A DNA stretch of 37,444 nt from NCBI GenBank assembly GCA_016212585.1, contig JACRFU010000075.1:1-37444 (forward strand). The letters run 5' to 3'. Below, piece after piece: positions 16,198-23,333 of this stretch. Origin of the DNA: Candidatus Magasanikiibacteriota bacterium. GTDB lineage: Bacteria; Patescibacteriota; Patescibacteriia; Magasanikbacterales; UBA10146. Every line of letters begins with the position of its first letter. The stretch's first letter is position 1. The notes under the pieces were generated by a model that saw only the letters and a program-made list of their open reading frames with translations, searched no databases and was not told the origin of the DNA. The position numbers and the translations under genes are program-made.

Positions 16198-16731
16198 TTA
16201 ACTCTTTAAATTAAACGAATTAAAATTATATTGAGGTGTTATTTTACATGCTCCATACAATTGTCTATAAATATTTTCAATAAGCCAATAAATAGACGCG
16301 AATAAAAAAATTAAGCTTATCACTTTTAATTCCAACCCCTTAAAAGGCAAGGACATAAGCGCAAATGGCGCGCCAATGAGCGCCAAAAGCGGGGCTCCGC
16401 ATGTTGGGCACCCGGAAGCAACAATGCCTCCAAACGCACCACTTGCGCCCAATGCCGTGCCAGTAGCCGCCTTTCCTTGCTTAATAATATCTCTCCGCAA
16501 AAGCCACACCGTGGCGTACAAGCCAAAAAATATTGAAACGAGCAAAGTGAGCACAACAGACAAAATAGTAAACCACGCGCCGTTCATAAGCGCGTACGCG
16601 TAGATGCTTTTGCCGGTAATGTTAAATATCATCAAATAATACGAAATGCCAAACATGACAAACCCCGCGGCGAGCGCCGTCAAAAAATATCGTTTTCTTT
16701 TCAATGAGGAAAAAAGTATTGCAAAAAACAT
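16198..16731 (-). CDS. Polytopic membrane protein with an intramembrane GCPTCG motif, unknown family
   Basis: I prefer the ATG at 16731 (MFFAILFSSLKRKRYF...), which lies 1 nt after the stop of the upstream thioredoxin-like gene. The track start at 16782 would overlap that gene by 50 nt. Motif: GAFGGIVASGCPTCGAPLLALIGAPFALMSLPF. Confidence 0.65.
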   Translation of the reverse strand: MFFAILFSSLKRKRYFLTALAAGFVMFGISYYLMIFNITGKSIYAYALMNGAWFTILSVVLTLLVSIFFGLYATVWLLRRDIIKQGKAATGTALGASGAFGGIVASGCPTCGAPLLALIGAPFALMSLPFKGLELKVISLIFLFASIYWLIENIYRQLYGACKITPQYNFNSFNLKS

Positions 16732-16732
16732 A

Positions 16733-17581
16733 TTATTTTTTTGGAGTAGCGACACCGCTCTTTGTTTGCGCGGACGGATCAATTATTTTTCCTGTTTTTA
16801 AATCTTTGTAGACACCCATTGACGCTACTCCTTTATCAAAAATATACGAGTTATTTTTTACCACACCGACTTGTGGCCAAACCTTGAGCAATCCCTGATA
16901 CTCCTTTACGTCTCCCGTAAGCACAAAAGTTGGCACAAGAAATATTTTGTAAATTTCTAAGAGGGTTTTAGCTTCTGGAGTGTTTATGTCAATAATTTTT
17001 GTCTTGGAATTAAGGCCAAATTGAGAGAGTATCGCCTGATGTTTTTTTACATCATAGCAAGTACCGCATGAAGAATCAGTAATCAATGCCAATTCCGTCC
17101 TGCCCTTTATTTCGCCAGTCGCGACAGACACATACGGCCCGCCGATTTGCCTCAAAACAAAGGTATCGCCATCTATACTGCCTACGCGCGAGAGCGACGT
17201 CTTCAAATCAGCGTTTTTTTGAACCTCCCCGCGCAAAATAATCGTCGGCAATTTATCTATCTTATATTTGGCAATCAGTGTTTTTGCTTCTTCATCGTTT
17301 CTTTCTATAGCGCGATGAGAAGACAACACAACATTTGTCTTAGAAAAATTTTTCAGCATCGGCGCCACATCAAAACAATCCGCGCAACTTTTGTCTTGTA
17401 TCGTTATCGCATCTATCCGCGCCGGACGCGCAGCTTCTTTATTTTCAGCTATCTTGGTCTTGACTATGGAGTTCGCGCGCGTCATAAACAAAATACCCAG
17501 ACTCGAGCCGCCAAGCACAATGGCAAAAAAAACCCCCACTATCCAAAAATTTATGGAAACGTTCGCGTCAGAATTTTGCAT
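16733..17581 (-). CDS. Membrane-anchored protein with two tandem thioredoxin-fold (CxxC) domains
   Basis: 282 aa. N-terminal TM (FWIVGVFFAIVLGGSSLGILFM). Two homologous ~110-aa halves each carry a CxxC (DKSCADCFDV; DSSCGTCYDV) and a cis-Pro-like element (KLPTIILRGE; FLVPTFVLTGD). Confidence 0.75.
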   Translation of the reverse strand: MQNSDANVSINFWIVGVFFAIVLGGSSLGILFMTRANSIVKTKIAENKEAARPARIDAITIQDKSCADCFDVAPMLKNFSKTNVVLSSHRAIERNDEEAKTLIAKYKIDKLPTIILRGEVQKNADLKTSLSRVGSIDGDTFVLRQIGGPYVSVATGEIKGRTELALITDSSCGTCYDVKKHQAILSQFGLNSKTKIIDINTPEAKTLLEIYKIFLVPTFVLTGDVKEYQGLLKVWPQVGVVKNNSYIFDKGVASMGVYKDLKTGKIIDPSAQTKSGVATPKK

Positions 17582-17608
17582 ATTTTAAAGATTACTCAAA
17601 ATATAAAC

Positions 17609-18031
17609 TTAACAACCCCCAACTTGATTCGGCAGGCCTTGTCCAGAACCTGAAGGCACACCAACAGCGGCTGGCGAAGACTTAAAATCTCCAGATTTTA
17701 ATTTACTATACAGTGACGCAGTCTGAACGGTCTGGAGTATAGAAAGCAACGCTAACACACCTAAAACAACACTCACTGTGGCACTCCCCCACGACAAAGG
17801 CGCGCGGTGCTGTTTGTTGATACTCATCAAAATTTCGTTCTTCAATTCTTCCAACACTGCGCCTTCTGCTGGTGGAACACTCTTAAAATTTTCATGATCT
17901 TCGCTCGCAACAGAATATTCTGTAACATTGTTAGAATTATCATACATTTTTTGGCCATGAATTGAGTCATGGGCGCAACAAGATGATTTTGTCTCCGCCT
18001 CTTCATTATTTTTGTGTATATGCGTTGTCAT
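17609..18031 (-). CDS. Single-pass membrane protein with an N-terminal His/Cys-rich segment (SSCCAHDSIHG) and a C-terminal LPNQVGGC tail
   Basis: 140 aa. One TM (ATVSVVLGVLALLSILQTV), a Gly/Ser/Pro-rich C-terminal linker, and a terminal ...GLPNQVGGC-stop confirmed in the DNA. No family was recognised. Confidence 0.6.
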   Translation of the reverse strand: MTTHIHKNNEEAETKSSCCAHDSIHGQKMYDNSNNVTEYSVASEDHENFKSVPPAEGAVLEELKNEILMSINKQHRAPLSWGSATVSVVLGVLALLSILQTVQTASLYSKLKSGDFKSSPAAVGVPSGSGQGLPNQVGGC

Positions 18032-18076
18032 ATAAATGTATGTTAAAAAATAAGTATTTAATGTATTGATCTTGCG

Positions 18077-18865
18077 CTAGCAGCCACCAACTTGTCCGGG
18101 GAGCTTCACCTCACTTGGCAAAGGCGCGCTTTTGCTGTCCGCGCTGTATTGAGGAACTTTTAAGGTAAGCAGTAATGCAGCAACATCCGGCGTATACTGC
18201 CCACTCACCAATTGTTTTGAAATCTTATCAACCATTGCTTTGGGGAAATAACTGCCTTTCCAGCGCGCCAATTCACGCAAAATCTGATCATCGGTATACT
18301 CTAACGCGTGTTTCTCCAATAAATACGCCGCCAGACCGCGCATGGCTTGAGAATGCGCGCAACCGCACGCCGCATCGCCATTTTGCTGTATAAGAGCCGT
18401 AGCTCCGCAACAAAACTCACAAGCAATTTTTGTGCCCACATTAATGTATCGTTTTAACAAATCACCGGAGAGTTGGATTTTTTTACTGCCATACGTGGGA
18501 TCAAAGTCTTTCATGATATTCATAGATTGAGGGACGTTCGCAAAATCTACCACCAACTCATTTCCATATACTTCTGGCACGCCTTGAGCAAGCGCCAGTT
18601 TTATCGCGTCTTGCCCCACATTTCCTGTCAAACCTCTGTTGGTGCCGACATTTAATTTTACACTTAACTTAGTGAGAAAATTATTTGATTGCACACCGGC
18701 AAACTCTCTGCTTTTTGAAAGGACAAATTGATTGGTAAAAAGTGAAATGGTTATTACTACGAGCAAAACACTATTAATGGTTGAACGTCTTTTCAACCAT
18801 GACGTACCATGACGTGAATAATACGCCGATTCTCTTTTGTCTGATTCTTTTGGTATTTCATGCAT
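18077..18865 (-). CDS. Membrane-anchored extracytoplasmic Cys-cluster protein (CEFCCG...CGCAHSQAM) with a C-terminal LPGQVGGC tail
   Basis: 262 aa. N-terminal TM (INSVLLVVITISLFT), a Cys cluster KIACEFCCGATALIQQNGDAACGCAHSQAM, and a terminal ...KLPGQVGGC-stop confirmed in the DNA. No family was recognised. Confidence 0.65.
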   Translation of the reverse strand: MHEIPKESDKRESAYYSRHGTSWLKRRSTINSVLLVVITISLFTNQFVLSKSREFAGVQSNNFLTKLSVKLNVGTNRGLTGNVGQDAIKLALAQGVPEVYGNELVVDFANVPQSMNIMKDFDPTYGSKKIQLSGDLLKRYINVGTKIACEFCCGATALIQQNGDAACGCAHSQAMRGLAAYLLEKHALEYTDDQILRELARWKGSYFPKAMVDKISKQLVSGQYTPDVAALLLTLKVPQYSADSKSAPLPSEVKLPGQVGGC

Positions 18866-18883
18866 AAAAAATAAATTAAAAAT

Positions 18884-18906
18884 AGCTACTACACAGTATA
18901 GTAGCT
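18884..18906 (-). promoter_or_regulatory. Palindromic operator-like site 2 (AGCTACTA-CACAGTA-TAGTAGCT), 19-41 nt upstream of the 262-aa gene
   Basis: 8-bp perfect inverted repeat with a 7-nt centre. The core TACTACACAG-T-ATAGTA is identical, apart from one central base, to the site upstream of the BlaI-like gene. On the minus strand it is followed by a T-rich run, so it could also act as a weak terminator for the M56 gene. Confidence 0.5.
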
Positions 18907-18977
18907 TTTCATTAAAATGTCAAATCTGGTCAAAAAATCTTATCCACAAGTCAAAATTTCATTCGGCGGCAAACCCA

Positions 18978-20030
18978 TTAAGGCAATTGACAAGAGTCCA
19001 CACTTTTATACGCAACATGCCTCATTGAGCAACGTTGATAATAACTATCGACTTTGCACATAGTACCGCTTAATTGAGTAAGTTCAGATGAAATACAGCT
19101 ATTTTCATAAGAACCAAACGCCTTTGAAGTGTCTGTCAAAAAAACAAACAAAAGAAGAGACGCAATTATGATTGATGACATACCAAGCAAAAATCCTCTG
19201 CCAAACAATCCAAACCTCGGAATATAATTGTCATCGGACAGCCTATTGACTCGTTCATCTATGACTGAACTAAAAAAAGACAATGCGAGTCCCGCGCGTA
19301 TTATATTTTTTTCTTCTCTTTGAGCCACTTTAAAAATTGCCCGCGCCAGAATTGATTTGTTCAAAAAATTATTCGTCGCCAGCTCATCCGCGGCCAGTTC
19401 GGAAAATGTTATGTATTTTTTTATAATTGTCTTTATTCCCGGCACAAAAAACAATACGCGTTGAAAATATTTCAAGACAAAAAGCCTTAATGGATCATGA
19501 GAAATAAGATGGTGCCGCTCGTGCAAAAGCACAGCGCTTAATTCAGCATATTCTAAAATATCAGTCAAGCCATTTGCAATACAAATTTTTGATCGTACAA
19601 TACCAAAACAAAAAACTATAGGCTCTTTACTTCTTATCTCCACAACCCTGCCCGGCGCGATACCAAGACTATCAAGCGATCTTTTGAGTTTTGAAGAATG
19701 AGTTGTTTTGGATAATTTTAAATAATCTATTGAGTATTTTCTTGTGCGTATCATCAAACTTACCAAGGTATACAACGCAAACCCCAAAAACGAAGTGGCA
19801 AAGATCCCCAACGCCCCCAAAGCCGCAAAAAGATAAGGATGTGAAGCAAGCGAAGCCATTTGAGAACATCCGCACGTCGTTTTAATTTTGTGTGTTATCA
19901 TTGGCAGATACAACCAAATTTTCTCGTAAATTTTAAAAAAAGCCATAGTAAGCAGGCCAAAAATAATACCAATTAAAAAAATGGCTTGTATAAAAGCTTT
20001 ACCTGTCTTTTGAGCAAATGGCGAGCGCAT
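18978..20030 (-). CDS. BlaR1/MecR1-like M56-family membrane metalloprotease/signal transducer. It lacks a penicillin-binding sensor domain and has a short Cys-rich C-terminal ectodomain.
   Basis: 350 aa. HExxH motif (LLHERHHLISHDP) within a Peptidase_M56-like region and multiple TMs. The first loop contains TTCGCSQMASLASH. After the last TM there are only ~55 aa, with 4 Cys (YENSCISSELTQLSGTMCKVDSYYQRCSMRHVAYKSVDSCQLP). Its start is 1 nt after the BlaI-like gene stop. Confidence 0.8.
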   Translation of the reverse strand: MRSPFAQKTGKAFIQAIFLIGIIFGLLTMAFFKIYEKIWLYLPMITHKIKTTCGCSQMASLASHPYLFAALGALGIFATSFLGFALYTLVSLMIRTRKYSIDYLKLSKTTHSSKLKRSLDSLGIAPGRVVEIRSKEPIVFCFGIVRSKICIANGLTDILEYAELSAVLLHERHHLISHDPLRLFVLKYFQRVLFFVPGIKTIIKKYITFSELAADELATNNFLNKSILARAIFKVAQREEKNIIRAGLALSFFSSVIDERVNRLSDDNYIPRFGLFGRGFLLGMSSIIIASLLLFVFLTDTSKAFGSYENSCISSELTQLSGTMCKVDSYYQRCSMRHVAYKSVDSCQLP

Positions 20031-20031
20031 A

Positions 20032-20418
20032 CTACTTTATAAACTTTTTTAATTTTTCCTTCCATCGGCCGGATTGTCGCGCGTCTGATTTTTCAATAAT
20101 ATCAAGAAATTGCGCGACCGCCACATCCCCATAAGTCTTAATAAAATTTTTAATTATCTTCTCGGAAGCATTTTCCAAAAAAGATTTTTTATCATTCACG
20201 GGAACATATAAAAAAGCGCCGCTTTTGTCCATTCTCCGTTTGAGCACCCCCTTATCGCTCAAACGGGCCATAACCGTCATTATGGTGGTATAGGCGATTT
20301 TTCTTTTTTTGCTCAACAGAGCCAGAACATCTCTCACATTAGCTTGTCCCGCTTCCCAAACTATATCCATAATTTCCGCTTCTAAATCTCCAAATATTTT
20401 TATTGTATTTCGCACCAT
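20032..20418 (-). CDS. BlaI/MecI/CopY-family winged-helix transcriptional repressor
   Basis: 128 aa. Penicillinase_R pattern: LGDLEAEIMDIVWEAGQANVRDVLALL...IAYTTIMTVMARLSDKGVLKR. It has no C-terminal CxCxxxxCxC metal site, so it is not a classical CopY. Confidence 0.85.
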   Translation of the reverse strand: MVRNTIKIFGDLEAEIMDIVWEAGQANVRDVLALLSKKRKIAYTTIMTVMARLSDKGVLKRRMDKSGAFLYVPVNDKKSFLENASEKIIKNFIKTYGDVAVAQFLDIIEKSDARQSGRWKEKLKKFIK

Positions 20419-20429
20419 AGATGTAATTA

Positions 20430-20450
20430 GTTACTACACAGAATAGTATA
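20430..20450 (-). promoter_or_regulatory. Operator-like site 1 (GTTACTACACAGAATAGTATA), 12-32 nt upstream of the BlaI-like start codon
   Basis: Core TACTA-CACAGAA-TAGTA (20432-20448) is a 5-bp inverted repeat with a 7-nt centre. It matches site 2 at 16 of 17 core positions. Confidence 0.5.
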
Positions 20451-20515
20451 ACAAAACCCGAGAAACCTTGCAAGCCATGCAATTTCATGGCACACTGTCC
20501 ATATACTAATTTCCC

Positions 20516-21634
20516 ATGCCAAAAAAAATCCTCATGCTCTCGCTCTCAGCAGGAAGCGGGCATGTCCGCGCGGCTGAAAGTCTTCGTGAAGAAGCACACA
20601 ACTCGTATCCAGACGCGATTGTTGAACATCGTGATATTATTGAATTTGTACATAAACCTCTCAAACTGATATACCGGGATTTTTATGTTTTTATGACCAA
20701 AAATGCCCCTCTCGTATGGGGGTACCTTTACAAAACCGCAAACTCGCCTATGGTGCGGGAAACGATCCACGCGACCTCACACATTCAAACACTTCTGGCA
20801 GCTGGTCTTGCGCGCTTTATAGATGTTTTCAAACCAGACATGATTGTGTGCACACATTTTGTATGCGCTGAAATCGCAACTTCCATACTCAAGGAGCGCG
20901 GTATGGCAACACCGGTAGCAATGGTGATTACCGATTATCAAATACATCATCTTTGGATGGTTGAGGGAGTGTATCATTATTTTGTGGCGACACAGACAAT
21001 AAAAAAAGATTTAATTGCCGCCGGAGTTGCTGCCGAGCGTATTACCGCAAGCGGTATACCAGTATCCACCGCAGTCATTGCTACTGAACGATCACCGCAT
21101 TTATATGAACATTATGTGGTAGAACAAGGGCGTCCTATAGTGCTCGCGCTCTCCGGCGGGTTTGGTTTGCAAGATACCTCAACAATTGTTCAAACGCTCA
21201 TGGCAAGCAAATTGCCACTTCAAATATGCGCCGTAGCTGGCTCCAACAAAGCACTTAAGGAAAAATTAGAAGCGCTTCAATCACCATCACATATTACGGT
21301 GCGTATATATGATTTTGTGCGTGCCATACATGAACTCTACGCGCTCGCGGATGTTGTTATCAGTAAAGCAGGGGGACTGACGGTAACCGAATGCATCACG
21401 CGCGGAGTGCCACTCATTATCACCGAACCTCTGCCCGGACAAGAAGCCGCAAACGCGAATTTCTTGCAGACACACAAGGCCGCGCTTCAAATCAAAAAAA
21501 CTCCTGATGTGCTCAATAAAATTCATCGCATTCTCACCAACGCGGCACTTCGCGGTGAACTCACAAAAAACATGAAAAAAATAGCGCGTCCTTATGCGGC
21601 TCGCGCGATTCTTGAGCAAGTCATCAAAGAGTAA
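20516..21634 (+). CDS. MGDG-synthase-family (UgtP-like, GT28) diacylglycerol glycosyltransferase
   Basis: 372 aa. N-terminal ILMLSLSAGSGHVRAAESL, an MGDG_synth-type motif, and a C-terminal GT-B half with ISKAGGLTVTECITRGVPLII..PLPGQEAANANFL. Confidence 0.85.
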   Translation: MPKKILMLSLSAGSGHVRAAESLREEAHNSYPDAIVEHRDIIEFVHKPLKLIYRDFYVFMTKNAPLVWGYLYKTANSPMVRETIHATSHIQTLLAAGLARFIDVFKPDMIVCTHFVCAEIATSILKERGMATPVAMVITDYQIHHLWMVEGVYHYFVATQTIKKDLIAAGVAAERITASGIPVSTAVIATERSPHLYEHYVVEQGRPIVLALSGGFGLQDTSTIVQTLMASKLPLQICAVAGSNKALKEKLEALQSPSHITVRIYDFVRAIHELYALADVVISKAGGLTVTECITRGVPLIITEPLPGQEAANANFLQTHKAALQIKKTPDVLNKIHRILTNAALRGELTKNMKKIARPYAARAILEQVIKE

Positions 21635-21643
21635 CCCTTGCTG

Positions 21644-21805
21644 CATAAGACTTGTCCCCAAATAGGCTTTCGTTACGAAATTGCCAAATTTTGAGGCAAA
21701 ATTGTTGAATAAATTTTGAGGTTTAACAGCGGTTAAGCTGAAAAATTTTGAAATAATTTTGACCGAAATTTGGCAATTGCAGCAGAAATGCTATTGGGGG
21801 ACAAG
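21644..21805. repeat. Long-hairpin intergenic repeat (LHR), subfamily B, copy B1
   Basis: It has the same invariant core as the A copies (TTGTTGAATAAATTTTGAGGTTTAA-CAGCGG-TTAAGCTGAAAAATTTTGAAATAATTTT). Its arms differ from the A copies but are mutually complementary: CTTGTCCCCAAATAG / CTATTGGGGGACAAG, and AATTGCCAAATTT / AAATTTGGCAATT. It lies between convergent gene ends. Confidence 0.85.
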
Positions 21806-21834
21806 GATATAGATGCGCGAGATTGCGTGAACAT

Positions 21835-21869
21835 CAAAAAACAACTCCGCTGGCCGCGGAGCTGTTTTT
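21835..21869 (-). terminator. Rho-independent (bidirectional-type) terminator after the 470-aa gene
   Basis: The minus strand reads CAGCTCCGC-GGCCA-GCGGAGTTG, a 9-bp stem with one G-U, followed by TTTTTT. The plus strand has the mirror A-run/T-run but an A-C mismatch. Confidence 0.6.
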
Positions 21870-21920
21870 AAGAGTTGTGCATATTTCCTGCATCCAAATT
21901 CCACGCAGGATTGAGATATA

Positions 21921-23333
21921 TTACGGAGCGATATTTTGCTGACCGCCTCCAATACCAAATTGGCTGAAGTCAACGGAATTGATTTGCTTGAATTGTTGAG
22001 GACCTTGTTCCCATGGGCGCGATTCTTGCGCTCCAGAGAGCTCTTGGCGCGCGGCATCAAACTGCTGACGCAAATCCTCAAGTTCTTGCAAAGCAGACAT
22101 CACCGCTTCTTCATCCAATGGTTTTGTCTTTAATAGAGCAAATATCTCTTGTCCTTTTGCTTGTGATTGCGCGAGTACATCTTCCAGCGCGGAGGTATCA
22201 ACTTTACTGCGTTTTAGAGATTTAATGGTTCTCTGCGCGTCTGCGATACCGCGTTTGAAATCAGAGGTGAAACGACCCAAATTGCTCATCGTCTGTATAA
22301 TACGATCGTTCTGCCACACATCCTGCATGGCGCCAAAGAATCTGTCTTCAAGCGCGCTAAACGCGCCTTCTGAATCACCAGACTTAATTTTTGAATCAGC
22401 TTCATCGCGCACTGCCTTGAGTCCGCTAATAGCAGTTTCAAACGCGTTGTATTCATCGGATAAATCAATACCTTGTTTTGATAACTTCGCGACAATTGAT
22501 TTATCTCTCTTTAATGCTGATTCTAATCGCTTAATTTCGCTGTTAAGTTGTTTGATGGTTTGCGGCCAACGAGCAAGCATCTCTAACTGCTGACGGCAAC
22601 CGTCAAGAGACTGCATGGCCTCTTGCAAATCCTCTATACCCGCTTCTTGAACAGCTTCAAAGGTTTCCGCGGTTTTGACAGCCGCAATGACAGTTTTTAC
22701 CTTTGTAAGATTATCAGAACATTCGGTAGGTACAACAATACCTTGTTTGGTAAGTTTTGTAATTTGCTTATCAAACATATTGATACCTTGCTCCATGCCT
22801 TTCATACCTTTCTTCATTTGTGCTAACTGCTGTTTTTCCATTTGTTTCTGGCGAGCTTCTTGTTGTTGTTGCTGTTTTTCTGACATGCCATTATCACCAT
22901 TTTCTTGGTCATTGCCCATGCCTTGACCTTGGTCGCCGCCAAAACCCTGCTGGTTAGGACCGCTAAAACCTTGTCTTTGGTTAGTATCCATTTGTTGATT
23001 AGGACCGCCAAAACCTCTTGAGTTTTGCATTTGATTTGTACCCTGCTGATTGCCCATGCCTTGACCTTGGTCACCGCCAAAACCCTGCTGGTTAGGACCG
23101 CCAGAACCCGGTTGCATGCCTGGTTGACCGCCTGGTGGAGGTGACATTGGAGCATTCATAGGAGCAGGTGAACCACCCACAGGAGAAGGAGCACTGCCTT
23201 GTATGCTCTGAGCAAGCAAAAGCATTGGGAAGCCTACTCCCAACACCGTAAACGCCAAAAGTGAAAACACAACAGCCGACACATGGGGGTAGTGACGATG
23301 ATGTATGATCCCCGGCTTGCAAAATAGTTGCAT
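21921..23333 (-). CDS. Secreted protein with a Pro/Gly/Gln/Met-rich low-complexity repeat region followed by a long alpha-helical (coiled-coil-like) region
   Basis: 470 aa. Hydrophobic signal/anchor (VVFSLLAFTVLGVGFPMLLLAQS). The internal repeat GPNQQGFGGDQGQGMGN occurs twice, along with related GFGGPNQQ units. There is a QQQQQEARQKQMEKQQLAQMKKGMKGMEQG tract, then ~300 aa of heptad-like helical sequence. No family was recognised. Confidence 0.65.
   Translation of the reverse strand: MQLFCKPGIIHHRHYPHVSAVVFSLLAFTVLGVGFPMLLLAQSIQGSAPSPVGGSPAPMNAPMSPPPGGQPGMQPGSGGPNQQGFGGDQGQGMGNQQGTNQMQNSRGFGGPNQQMDTNQRQGFSGPNQQGFGGDQGQGMGNDQENGDNGMSEKQQQQQEARQKQMEKQQLAQMKKGMKGMEQGINMFDKQITKLTKQGIVVPTECSDNLTKVKTVIAAVKTAETFEAVQEAGIEDLQEAMQSLDGCRQQLEMLARWPQTIKQLNSEIKRLESALKRDKSIVAKLSKQGIDLSDEYNAFETAISGLKAVRDEADSKIKSGDSEGAFSALEDRFFGAMQDVWQNDRIIQTMSNLGRFTSDFKRGIADAQRTIKSLKRSKVDTSALEDVLAQSQAKGQEIFALLKTKPLDEEAVMSALQELEDLRQQFDAARQELSGAQESRPWEQGPQQFKQINSVDFSQFGIGGGQQNIAP

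Noticed and set aside
20032-20418. Calling the BlaI-family repressor CopY, and the whole block a classical copYZAB operon
   Set aside because: The protein lacks the C-terminal CxCxxxxCxC Cu/Zn site. The operator-like sites are not TACAnnTGTA cop boxes. It is also paired with an M56 protease, which is BlaI/BlaR1 logic.
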